Virus record (IMG/VR): IMGVR_UViG_3300028392_000030
Span: 1 to 64,000 of that record
Source: a virus
Strand: one strand, 5' to 3'
DNA: 64,000 bases
The notes below the pieces were generated by a model. The model had not been told where the DNA came from. It searched no databases and worked only from the letters and a program-made list of their open reading frames with translations. This document shows, piece after piece, positions 1 to 9,307 of this stretch. Both the position numbers and the translations under genes were made by a program. Numbering within the stretch: position 1 is the stretch's first letter; every line of letters begins with the position of its first letter.

Positions 1-2
1 AA

Positions 3-3000
3 CTAGACAAACCTGGCGCAACACAGACCGGCACAGGAACCTATGAACTGTTCGATAGACGCACTGGTGAGGTAATTCCCGACACTGAATTCTCTGCTCG
101 CAATCAATCAGATGTAAACACAAGATTAGATGATTATATCAATTTTGGGCCCCACGGCATAGGCACAGTAGATGCTAGATTGGTGTTTGGTGCCAGACCC
201 GTGGGTGATGCTGATCAAGGCGCCCTGCCTAACAGTCTACGACCCACCGGCCCAGGCCCTTGGGAAATCTACAACAGAGCGACTGGTAACTCGGCTGCCA
301 ACCTCAGTGTGGACGGCCGACCCATAACCGATCGTGCTCAAGCACAACGCATGGCCATGGGAAGCATTGCCGCTGAAAATTATGACCGTTTTGGTGTGAG
401 AACTAGAGGCACCGAATCAAACAGCAACTGGCGCATAATCTACAGTGCCACTGGAGAAACACTGAACACTGTAAGTGGTGCCAGTCGGGATCAGGCTCTA
501 GCCGTGCTACACGACACAGCCCGTAGAAATGGTGTGCGTCCTGACGTGCTGAGCCTGCAGTCTGCGCCAGCCTCGGATGACATTCCTGAAGTGCCTGTAG
601 ACGTGGCACAGAATTTCCCGCAGAACAGGACCGATGGTCGTGACACGAATTACTCATTCAGAGACTTGTTTGGCAACAGATATCAGACCAGTTCAGCACC
701 GGCAGGCAACAGTTTTAGTGGACAGTGGAAAGTCATGTTGGACGGAGAAGAAGTGTGGCGCTTCCGTGGTGTGGGCAACAATCAAGCAGATGCCAATCGC
801 ATTGCTCAAACCTGGTTGCAGGATCAACGCAGTCAAGGATCGTTATCTCCTGCACCGGGTGCAGATGTTGAAGTGGTGCCGATCATGACGGAAAGCGTTA
901 CAGAAAGTGCAAACCCTGCTGATACACTCTACTTCTTTGATGTGGCCAAAGGCGGCCGCAGTTTCGACCATCTTGATTTGAGAATCATGGGCCTAAGACA
1001 AACTCAAAAGGGCCGGTGGTATTATCAACCCGGTCGTGACAGCACTGACCTGCTGACAACGGCCACGCTGAAACATTTGGAAAAAACATTGAATGTGCCG
1101 GCCCGTGCTTGGACCAAGCCTGTGGCAGAAACACGTATCATTGATCCTGAACATGTGGATGTATACTATCGTCCAGTTCCAGGCAGTCAGGGCCGACGTG
1201 TGGTCGCCCAAAATATTCCTGTTGCCACGCTAGATGCACTGTTACAAAAACTCAGTGACAAATATTCAGTGCCAGTTGAAAGTTTCGAATGGACTCCGAC
1301 CGAACCAATCACAGAAGCCTTTGATCAACCTTACACTATACAATGGAGCAAACAAAATGGTGACTGGCATGCCACAGCTGACTTGGATGACGGCAGTGAA
1401 CTGATCGTGCTGTTTATGGCTCAAGGCGACAACAGTTGGATGGTAGAGTTTGAGCGTGATGAAAACATGGAAATCACCGGTGAAGGCGATGCTCCTCGTG
1501 TGTTTGCCACAGTATTGACTGCCATGCAACAATTTATTGCTAAGAAGAAACCAGCGCGGTTAAACTTCAGTGCAGAAAAAGAGGATGACCCTACCGGCAG
1601 CAGAGCTAGACTGTATGATAGAATGCTTCGACGCTACGTCACTGGTAGCGGTTACGATTTAGCAAGAAGCGATATGCCAGGCGGCGCAACTTATACTCTA
1701 ACAAAACAAGCGCCGGCGGTGGCGGAAGGCAAGGTCAAACTCCACACAGATCCTGGCTATTTTGGGGCAGAAGTAGATGACACAGGGTTTGATAGCCTAC
1801 CAGTTGTCAACATACCCGCTAATAAACTTGTGGGCTTTGAGCCAGATTCAAAGATGAATCAACCAAAAAGCCAAGCCAATGTTGAAAAGATTGTTGCTGG
1901 CTTAAAGAAGGGTGACAAGTTGCCACCATTGTTGGTTCGCAAATATAAAAATGGATATCAGGTATTAGATGGTCATCATAGATTCTGGGCATATAAATTG
2001 TCGGGTACAAAAAGTATTCCTGTGCGAATAGTAGCAGACAAGGACATAGAAGAAATTGGCAAACAAGGTGTGGCGGAAGGCAAGTTGACAGAATCTGCCA
2101 TATTCCTAAACCCCAACACCGTAATAGTTGGACAACAACACGGCCAGCCCTTGGAGTTGTCTCCTGAGACATTGAAAAAAGTTCAAGCCATAGCGGCTCA
2201 ACACGGTGCCTGGTACGAAGGCAACGGTGCTGATCGTGCCTACACTCGCGGGGTGATTGACCGCTATGTGGGCAGTTTTGATGACGAGGTAGCAAAAACT
2301 GCCAGCCCCAATGATCCAAAATGGATTTATGTTTTGTTTGCCAATGTAGATGCCAACAATAGAATACAACGAGTAGGTGTGGATCCCAAAGACACCATAT
2401 TCAATAGACTCATGGTCACTGCCCAAGACAACTCGTTCCAAGGCATGGGATTCACTGCCTCGGCACTGGAAAAATTTCTATCATTGGCCAGCGAAGGCAA
2501 ATATGATTTTGTCAAAATGAGTCAACAGCCGGCTACTGAAGAAAATCTCACTCAATTCCTCAAAGCCGGCGAGGCTTTGATGTGGCCCAGCAATTGGGAG
2601 CAATATCCCAATCGTGCAGGCAAGATAGCACGAGCGGCCACAGTTGATACTAGAGACCAATACCTAGCCACAAGAAAAGCCGGAGTCTATGTGGTGGGTG
2701 CTGGACACTTAAAAGCGGTACAAAATATCTCGGGCAAGCAAGGTGTGGCGGAAGGTGTTGACATTGGGCAAGAGTGGATGAGTGACACAGAGTTAGACCA
2801 GTATGTGCCAGATCGATTGCAACAGCAATGGCGTGAATTGCTAGGTTATGATCGGAACGGCAATCCAAGTGCGTTATGGGTCAACTTAACAGGAGGCTAC
2901 GAGCCGGATGTTCGTGATCCACAACATCGTGCCCTTATGGTTAAAGTGGCCAACAAGTGGTTTGCCGCAAAAAAGATTCCCAATGTCAAATTCTATGATG

Positions 3001-3227
3001 TCAAGGATGCTGATGATGAATTAGAGTGGTTGGTTCAAATTGGTCAGCAAGATGTGGCGGAAAACTTTGCTGATGGCAAGGGCCCTGGACGTCCAGGAGA
3101 TAGTCAGCGTCATGGCATACCTAAGGGTGCCACTATGGCTCAACTAGAAAAGGCCAGCCACGCAAAGGGTCGAAAAGGACAGCTGGCCCGTTGGCAACTA
3201 AATATGCGTAGAGGACACAAAAAATGA
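3..3227 (+). CDS. Modular internal-head-type polyprotein (5'-truncated): GNAT-like module, ParB/Srx-like module, TraB/Tiki-like module
   Basis: Frame is open from base 3 (LDKPGATQTG...), so the true start is upstream of the window; modules separated by [VIL]-[AT]-E / QGVAEG linkers; LPPLLV...VLDGHHR ParB/Srx motif. Confidence 0.7.
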   Translation, partial: LDKPGATQTGTGTYELFDRRTGEVIPDTEFSARNQSDVNTRLDDYINFGPHGIGTVDARLVFGARPVGDADQGALPNSLRPTGPGPWEIYNRATGNSAANLSVDGRPITDRAQAQRMAMGSIAAENYDRFGVRTRGTESNSNWRIIYSATGETLNTVSGASRDQALAVLHDTARRNGVRPDVLSLQSAPASDDIPEVPVDVAQNFPQNRTDGRDTNYSFRDLFGNRYQTSSAPAGNSFSGQWKVMLDGEEVWRFRGVGNNQADANRIAQTWLQDQRSQGSLSPAPGADVEVVPIMTESVTESANPADTLYFFDVAKGGRSFDHLDLRIMGLRQTQKGRWYYQPGRDSTDLLTTATLKHLEKTLNVPARAWTKPVAETRIIDPEHVDVYYRPVPGSQGRRVVAQNIPVATLDALLQKLSDKYSVPVESFEWTPTEPITEAFDQPYTIQWSKQNGDWHATADLDDGSELIVLFMAQGDNSWMVEFERDENMEITGEGDAPRVFATVLTAMQQFIAKKKPARLNFSAEKEDDPTGSRARLYDRMLRRYVTGSGYDLARSDMPGGATYTLTKQAPAVAEGKVKLHTDPGYFGAEVDDTGFDSLPVVNIPANKLVGFEPDSKMNQPKSQANVEKIVAGLKKGDKLPPLLVRKYKNGYQVLDGHHRFWAYKLSGTKSIPVRIVADKDIEEIGKQGVAEGKLTESAIFLNPNTVIVGQQHGQPLELSPETLKKVQAIAAQHGAWYEGNGADRAYTRGVIDRYVGSFDDEVAKTASPNDPKWIYVLFANVDANNRIQRVGVDPKDTIFNRLMVTAQDNSFQGMGFTASALEKFLSLASEGKYDFVKMSQQPATEENLTQFLKAGEALMWPSNWEQYPNRAGKIARAATVDTRDQYLATRKAGVYVVGAGHLKAVQNISGKQGVAEGVDIGQEWMSDTELDQYVPDRLQQQWRELLGYDRNGNPSALWVNLTGGYEPDVRDPQHRALMVKVANKWFAAKKIPNVKFYDVKDADDELEWLVQIGQQDVAENFADGKGPGRPGDSQRHGIPKGATMAQLEKASHAKGRKGQLARWQLNMRRGHKK

Positions 3228-4372
3228 AAGCTAATGAATTTATAACTGAAAAGTGGAGTCAAAAATACAAAAGCAGTATCAACTGTAGCCACCCCAAAGG
3301 TTTCAGCCAACGGGCGCACTGTGCTGGTAAGAAAAAGCACAACGAATCGGTTGAGATGGAAATGGTGTGTGAAGACTGTGGCATGTGTGAAACACACGGC
3401 AATGTCATGGAAATCAAGAAAGGTCAAAAAGACGCAAATGGATATACCCGTTGTTGGCCAGGTAAACACGCAGAAGGTACCAAGAAGGGCAAAAATGGTG
3501 GACCAGTTCGTAACTGTGTGCCCAATGAAAGCATTAACGAAGGTCAACAACTAAGTGTTCAACAGTTGGCACAAATTAGTGATGCAGCATTGGATGCAGC
3601 ATATGGTTATGGTCGTAGTAGTCCAGGCAATACATTTGGTTGGCAGGCCAACTTAAAATCTGCGTCCTTTGCCAAACAAATGATTGATCGTGGTGTTACA
3701 GATATTGAGGCAATTAGCGATGCCATCCACAAAGGTTGGAATGTAACAGCACAGGCGTTTGTTAAAAATCCACAGATGTTTGATGATTCCAAAACAATGG
3801 CTCCAGAAAAACTACAAGCCAAGATAGCACAGCGTCAGAAACTAATGACTCAACAGTATGCTCAATTGCCCGAAGATGAAAAAGAAAAAGATCGTGTGGT
3901 TGCTCGTGCTATGCTACAAGCTATCGGGGGTCAACAAGAATTGTCTGAAGAGTTTGATCTAATAGAAAGCATTATAACTGATCTTGCTGATCGCAATGGT
4001 GTAGATGCAGAAGCAATCTGGGAAGATTTAGAAAGTTTGTCAGATGATGAGTTGTATGTGTTTGCTGTGACACAGGAACCTGCCAAAGAAAATCTATCAG
4101 AAACCGAAGCATGGCAAAAAGCCAACAATCGCGACAAAACAGATGGCATGAGTCGTAAGGCTGTTAAAACATATCGCAGAGAACACCCAGGATCAAAACT
4201 ACAAACTGCTGTGACTACCAAGCCTTCAAAGTTGAAGAAGGGTAGTAAAGCATCAAAGCGCCGCAAGAGTTATTGTAGTCGCAGTCGTGGTCAAATGAAA
4301 ATGCACAACATCAGCTGTGCTAAAACTCCAGACAAGGCCATATGTAAAGCACGTCGTAGATGGAATTGCTAA
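3224..4372 (+). CDS. Modular internal-head-type protein with RyR-like domain and basic Cys-rich modules
   Basis: N-terminus MKANEFITE resembles T4 IP targeting peptide; HKGW...YAQLPEDEKEKDR RyR-like motif; very basic C-terminus ending RRRWNC. Confidence 0.65.
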   Translation: MKANEFITEKWSQKYKSSINCSHPKGFSQRAHCAGKKKHNESVEMEMVCEDCGMCETHGNVMEIKKGQKDANGYTRCWPGKHAEGTKKGKNGGPVRNCVPNESINEGQQLSVQQLAQISDAALDAAYGYGRSSPGNTFGWQANLKSASFAKQMIDRGVTDIEAISDAIHKGWNVTAQAFVKNPQMFDDSKTMAPEKLQAKIAQRQKLMTQQYAQLPEDEKEKDRVVARAMLQAIGGQQELSEEFDLIESIITDLADRNGVDAEAIWEDLESLSDDELYVFAVTQEPAKENLSETEAWQKANNRDKTDGMSRKAVKTYRREHPGSKLQTAVTTKPSKLKKGSKASKRRKSYCSRSRGQMKMHNISCAKTPDKAICKARRRWNC

Positions 4373-5299
4373 ATGAGACTACGCGAATTTGCACCCGCAG
4401 GTGGTGACGATAGACAGCCCGACGAAGAAGAAATCCTACGTCAGCTGGCCGCACAATGGTGGCAAGGTGACGAAGATCCACGTGCCGAACGCACACTGGC
4501 GTCAATGGGTTGGGAAATTGGCCAAGACGAAGGATACGACAACGGTGGTGCGTTTGTTGTGCGAGCCGGCGACATCAACGGCAATAGTTTTATCAGTTGG
4601 CCTGCTGAGGAGTTAGAAGAACTAGAAGAAGGATGGAAAAGTGCCCTAGGTGGTGCTGCACTGGCTGGAGCAATGGCCCTAGGTGGTGGCGCAGCAAATG
4701 CAAAAATGACTGCACCTGTTGCACAAGCACCAGCCGCAACAACTGCTCAATCAACAGCAGCTGCACCGGTACGACCAGCTGCCTTAACACAACAAGCGGC
4801 ACCTGCACAACAATCTTCACTAGTAGATCAATTAAAAGCAGTTGCCGTGGCCAGCGGAATCAAAGGTACCGAATTGGCACAGTTTTTGGCACAATGTGCC
4901 CATGAAAGTGCAAACTTTGCCAGTATGGAAGAACGTGGTAGTCCAACTTACTTTACTAAAAAGTACGAACAGAACCCACGCAAGGCACGGATCCTAGGCA
5001 ACAAGGTCAAAGGTGATGGTGAACGTTTCAAAGGACGTGGGTTTATACAATTGACCGGGCGTGACAATTATACTAGAGCTGGTGCTGCATTAGGATTGCC
5101 ATTAGCACAACAACCAGATTTGGCTGCTAGACCCGACGTTGCTGCCAAAGTGGCAGTATGGTATTGGCAAAATCGTGTTGCTACAAAAATAAAAGATTTC
5201 GGCAACACCGCGGCTGTAACTAAAACTATCAATCCTGCCGCAAAAGGCCTACAGTCACGCAAAGACCAATTTAAATCTTATCAAGTAGCACAACGATGA
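4373..5299 (+). CDS. GH19 (chitinase/lysozyme-like) hydrolase with N-terminal head-targeting module
   Basis: AQFLAQCAHES, FKGRGFIQLTGRDNY, AVWYW, TKTIN GH19 motifs. Confidence 0.85.
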   Translation: MRLREFAPAGGDDRQPDEEEILRQLAAQWWQGDEDPRAERTLASMGWEIGQDEGYDNGGAFVVRAGDINGNSFISWPAEELEELEEGWKSALGGAALAGAMALGGGAANAKMTAPVAQAPAATTAQSTAAAPVRPAALTQQAAPAQQSSLVDQLKAVAVASGIKGTELAQFLAQCAHESANFASMEERGSPTYFTKKYEQNPRKARILGNKVKGDGERFKGRGFIQLTGRDNYTRAGAALGLPLAQQPDLAARPDVAAKVAVWYWQNRVATKIKDFGNTAAVTKTINPAAKGLQSRKDQFKSYQVAQR

Positions 5300-6585
5300 A
5301 AGCCCATGAGTTTGTTGTTGAATCTGTTAAAACTGCTTCGGCTCAACAGGTTTGGAATTATGTAGATGGTATACACCCAGACGATCAAAAGGGCGGTGGG
5401 TTCTTAAAAAAATTGATCCTGCGTTATCCGCAGTATGAACTACAACGTGTTTCACTGTCCAGTTTACACTTGCCCGATCAAGAGTATGATGATGAAGAAC
5501 AGGAACCTGAAGCGGATCCTTACAATCGAGTGCAGGTGATAGACCCTGAACATGCTGGCGAATACAGCGCAAACTTTGTAGATCGCAGACCCATTGTGGT
5601 AGATTCAGATGGTTGGATCATCGATGGCAATCACAGAGCCTGGGCTGCTGCCGAGCTGTTGAACAAGACCGATATCATGGCCTGGGTTCCTATTGAGCAA
5701 CTTACAGAATTAGGCAATGCACCAGCTGACTATAAACCCAATAGAAAAAGATCCCGCAGTTTGTTTCACGCCACAGTAGACAATCAATGGGTGGATGTAT
5801 TCTTTGACCGCAGTGAGTTCAATGATACCTTGCATATTACATTTGCCGTAAATGGCGACTATGATACACCTGAAAAACCTACCTCGGCCAGTAAGAGCAC
5901 AGTTCGCATATTGAGCACAGTTCTCAATATTATTAAGCAACAACTGCCCGAATACATAGCAAAATCCCGGCCACCTGGCATATCATTCACTGCCAAAGGT
6001 GACAACCGTGCCAACCTGTATCGCCGATATTTTGTTCCTGTGGTGCAGAACATCTTGGGACCAAAATGGCAGCATGAAGAATATCCCAGCATGGGAATGA
6101 CTGTGTTCCATTGGCGGCCAGTGAAGAAACAAGGTGTCACAGAAGCATTTGACCAACCTTATGCTTTCAGGTGGGACAACAATGACGACCTTGATCCCGA
6201 TCTTGATCGTAGATATGATGCCCTGGCGCGACTGCCAGATGGCACCAATCTAACAATCAATTTCTACACTGATTCTAACTATGCTGACAATGAAGATTGG
6301 ATGGTTGAATTCTGGCGTGGGAATCGTTTGGACATTTCCGGAGCCGGTGATGCTCAGCGTGTGTTTGCCACAGTGTTGACTGCTATTGGTCAATTCATAG
6401 AAATGGAACAGCCTGAAACCATTCGTTTCACGGCCGACAAAGATGTTGAGCCTGGACAAAAAGCCATGAGCCGAAGCAATCTCTATGATCGCTTGGTGCA
6501 ACGCTATGCTCAGTCTTGGGGTTATAGATTGGATCGCAGTGACATGGCCAACACTACAGTTTATCTACTATACCGAATAAGATGA
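5296..6585 (+). CDS. Modular polyprotein: ParB/Srx-like module plus two GNAT-like modules
   Basis: MKAHEFVVES start; RPIVVDSDGWIIDGNHR; EAFDQPY module shared with 3..3227. Confidence 0.65.
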   Translation: MKAHEFVVESVKTASAQQVWNYVDGIHPDDQKGGGFLKKLILRYPQYELQRVSLSSLHLPDQEYDDEEQEPEADPYNRVQVIDPEHAGEYSANFVDRRPIVVDSDGWIIDGNHRAWAAAELLNKTDIMAWVPIEQLTELGNAPADYKPNRKRSRSLFHATVDNQWVDVFFDRSEFNDTLHITFAVNGDYDTPEKPTSASKSTVRILSTVLNIIKQQLPEYIAKSRPPGISFTAKGDNRANLYRRYFVPVVQNILGPKWQHEEYPSMGMTVFHWRPVKKQGVTEAFDQPYAFRWDNNDDLDPDLDRRYDALARLPDGTNLTINFYTDSNYADNEDWMVEFWRGNRLDISGAGDAQRVFATVLTAIGQFIEMEQPETIRFTADKDVEPGQKAMSRSNLYDRLVQRYAQSWGYRLDRSDMANTTVYLLYRIR

Positions 6586-7634
6586 CCGGCGCTCGTCCAA
6601 AGTATACCCTTTTTCACAAGCCCGATCGTGGCATTCTTACCGACATCAAGATGTGGTGGGATATCAATGGTGATGATTATGAGTTTGTAGATAGAGATTA
6701 TACAGGAACTGTTGATTTTTTCGTTCTAAATAGCTACAACAGTTCAGTTCAATTCAATTACCGACAAAAACTTAACTTTAGAATATTTCATGGCTTTGAA
6801 GATTTTGTTAGAGAACAATGCAATCGTCGAGACTGCTGGACAATAACCAATGGTTGGGATCCTACCATTGACAATGATCATGTAATTTTCAATGACTTTT
6901 TGTTCAATAGAACCAAGGCCTATTACAGTCAGTATCCATTCTCACCAGATACACAATTATGGTATTACTATGACGCGATCGCCTACAAGGCACCACGACT
7001 AAGCACAGCTGATGCAAAAAAGAAAATTTTTGTTTCGCCTGGAAAAACATACAATGGTACAAGAAAATATCGCAGTCAACTCGTGTCGAAAATAAGCAAT
7101 TACAGCGAGCTAGGTTATGTCGGCAATCGAGACGACGATCCCAGTTTGTTTTTATACAGCCAAGCTGAATTTCCAGGTGCTTTTACCAACATCGACCAGT
7201 TAGAAAATGCAACACAACCACAATGGGACGATCGTGGTTATTCTCCTCCGCATGTTGAATACTATAAAAATACATTCGTAAGTATCTACGGAGAAACCAT
7301 TGAATACGGCAATACCATTATGATCACTGAAAAAACCTGGGATCCCCTGATCAAAGGACATTTCATTTTACCATTTAGCTCGTGTAACTTTATACAACGA
7401 CTGCGAGACGTTGGTATCCGATTACCTGCATTTATAGACTACTCGTATGATCGTGAACCCGATGTAGAACGAAGATGGCAACTATACAGCGCCGAAATAG
7501 ATAGACTATTAGCAATGGATTTAGACACGTGGCGACAGCATTGGAAAGATAATCTAGCGTTGTTGTTGGCAAATCAAAGATATTTTCAAATTAGAGATTA
7601 TGATCGCGTAGATCTTGCACAACTCTTACCGTAG
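6582..7634 (+). CDS. GT10-like putative glycosyltransferase
   Basis: SIYGET...ITEKTWDPLIKGHFILPF...IDYSYD motif shared with two paralogues in the window. Confidence 0.5.
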   Translation: MTGARPKYTLFHKPDRGILTDIKMWWDINGDDYEFVDRDYTGTVDFFVLNSYNSSVQFNYRQKLNFRIFHGFEDFVREQCNRRDCWTITNGWDPTIDNDHVIFNDFLFNRTKAYYSQYPFSPDTQLWYYYDAIAYKAPRLSTADAKKKIFVSPGKTYNGTRKYRSQLVSKISNYSELGYVGNRDDDPSLFLYSQAEFPGAFTNIDQLENATQPQWDDRGYSPPHVEYYKNTFVSIYGETIEYGNTIMITEKTWDPLIKGHFILPFSSCNFIQRLRDVGIRLPAFIDYSYDREPDVERRWQLYSAEIDRLLAMDLDTWRQHWKDNLALLLANQRYFQIRDYDRVDLAQLLP

Positions 7635-7667
7635 TAATGCGATACAAAAACATATAACGATTCCCAC

Positions 7668-7673
7668 TAAATA
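7668..7673 (+). promoter_or_regulatory. Late-type promoter TAAATA
   Basis: TAAATA 5 nt before ATG at 7678. Confidence 0.55.
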
Positions 7674-7677
7674 CAGC

Positions 7678-7971
7678 ATGACCAAGCAATTCATACGGGT
7701 GTTGTATAATATCGACTGCGAGTGGGAAAGTTTTGAGCCCACGTATCGCACCTATGTCAACGACGAATTATTTGCGGAAAGAACCTGGCGTTGGACTGAC
7801 TGCTATCTTGAAGAAATGTTACAAATTGAAGCAGAGCCGGGTGAGTATGTCATACGTCATGAATTGGTTCCGCCACACTTGGCCACACTCGCTGTAACAG
7901 ACATGCGGGTAGATTTTGGCCCTGCAAATGTAAAAAATAATGTGCTAAGGATTCGCAATGAGACTGCATGA
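7678..7971 (+). CDS. Hypothetical protein
   Basis: ORF; start moved to the ATG after TAAATA. Confidence 0.6.
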   Translation: MTKQFIRVLYNIDCEWESFEPTYRTYVNDELFAERTWRWTDCYLEEMLQIEAEPGEYVIRHELVPPHLATLAVTDMRVDFGPANVKNNVLRIRNETA

Positions 7972-8164
7972 ATTTGTCAACTTACGAGAAGATGGTGCTA
8001 CTGTGGGCAGCACAGTCAGCGGTAGTATAGCCCCTGTAGCCATGCCGCTAGGCGGGATGATTAGTAGAAATGGTGGCCATTTCTTTACGGGTGCTAAATA
8101 CACTACTGACGACGCAACGCCTAACACGCCTGCAGAGTATAAAAAGTATAAACGGAAGAAATAA
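7958..8164 (+). CDS. Small head-targeted-type protein
   Basis: MRLHEFVNLRE N-terminus like neighbours; basic C-terminus. Confidence 0.6.
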   Translation: MRLHEFVNLREDGATVGSTVSGSIAPVAMPLGGMISRNGGHFFTGAKYTTDDATPNTPAEYKKYKRKK

Positions 8165-8604
8165 TGCTAGCTGATTTACTAAAAACTTACTTGGCCTCAA
8201 CATTTGCCTATTACTTAAAGGCTCACATGTTTCATTGGAACGTGGAGGGTCCAGATTTTGGTGAATTGCACGAATTTTTCAGCAACATATATGAAGATGC
8301 ATTTGGAGCAGTAGATCCTATTGCTGAATTTATCCGTACCACAGAAGAATATGCACCCGGAAGCCTGAGTCGCTTCCAAGAATTAAGTCAAATACAGGAC
8401 CAAATCAAGGTTCCTCGTGCCCGATTGATGTTAGAAGAATTACTCGCAGATACACAGACCATGATAGACTTGAGCAAACAAGCGTTTGACGTGTCGACTC
8501 AAGAGGGTCGTGACGATGTTGCTAACTTTGCCGCAGACAGAATGGCTGCACATGGCAAGTATATGTGGCAGCTCAAGAGTTATTTAAAGGCAGTAAGGGC
8601 ATGA
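8164..8604 (+). CDS. dps: Dps/ferritin-like DNA-protection protein
   Basis: KAHMFHWNVEGPDFGELHEFF...VDPIAE...HGKYMWQLKS ferroxidase motifs. Confidence 0.9.
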   Translation: MLADLLKTYLASTFAYYLKAHMFHWNVEGPDFGELHEFFSNIYEDAFGAVDPIAEFIRTTEEYAPGSLSRFQELSQIQDQIKVPRARLMLEELLADTQTMIDLSKQAFDVSTQEGRDDVANFAADRMAAHGKYMWQLKSYLKAVRA

Positions 8605-8607
8605 TCC

Positions 8608-9297
8608 GTGACACAAGACCATAACGATATCTATACTATTGTTGAACGTCTTCGAGTAATTGAAGAAGGACTAAACACGAATCAACGAAGTGTCAATCAA
8701 CTTTCAGCTACATTCAAACCAAAAACTGTGGCAGTGTTGACAGCCAAAACAGATCCTAAGAATCCCTTGGCTGGCAAACTAGTTGGCTGCGAAGAAGGCG
8801 AAGAGCCAGACGAGCCATTGGAAGAAGCTGTTACCAGCGAGGATGTGCTGGACCGAGTCAAATCTTCGTTTGCTGATTACTTGAAAACGGTGTCAGACGA
8901 AATCCGTCAAGACTCAGATCTCAAAGATAAAAAACACGAAGACTCAGACATAAAAGAAAAAAGCACAACAGATCGTGCGCTGGTGGCCAAACAACAAAAA
9001 ATCAAAGAAGCTGACAGTGAAATAGGTGCAGCATTGAGTGGTGAGATTCCTGCCCAACAACCTGCAGGTGAACCAGGTGTAAGTATGAAAGAATCAGCAC
9101 CAGTTAAAACTGTTACCAACGAATGCGGCCTATGGGAAGTGCATGGCAATGAGAAGTCCGGGTTTGAAATTCGTCATGGCAATCGTCGATTGCCCACACG
9201 TTTTAGAAATTTAGATGAGGCCGAAATGGCCTTGGAGATGTTTGCAGCACGTCGTCGCAAAGTAAACGACTCAGCAGATTACATCGACGAAGCATAA
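8608..9297 (+). CDS. Hypothetical acidic protein (possible processed head protein)
   Basis: 229-aa ORF, GTG start, several x-x-E linkers. Confidence 0.6.
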   Translation: MTQDHNDIYTIVERLRVIEEGLNTNQRSVNQLSATFKPKTVAVLTAKTDPKNPLAGKLVGCEEGEEPDEPLEEAVTSEDVLDRVKSSFADYLKTVSDEIRQDSDLKDKKHEDSDIKEKSTTDRALVAKQQKIKEADSEIGAALSGEIPAQQPAGEPGVSMKESAPVKTVTNECGLWEVHGNEKSGFEIRHGNRRLPTRFRNLDEAEMALEMFAARRRKVNDSADYIDEA

Positions 9298-9307
9298 GGA
9301 AAACGAA

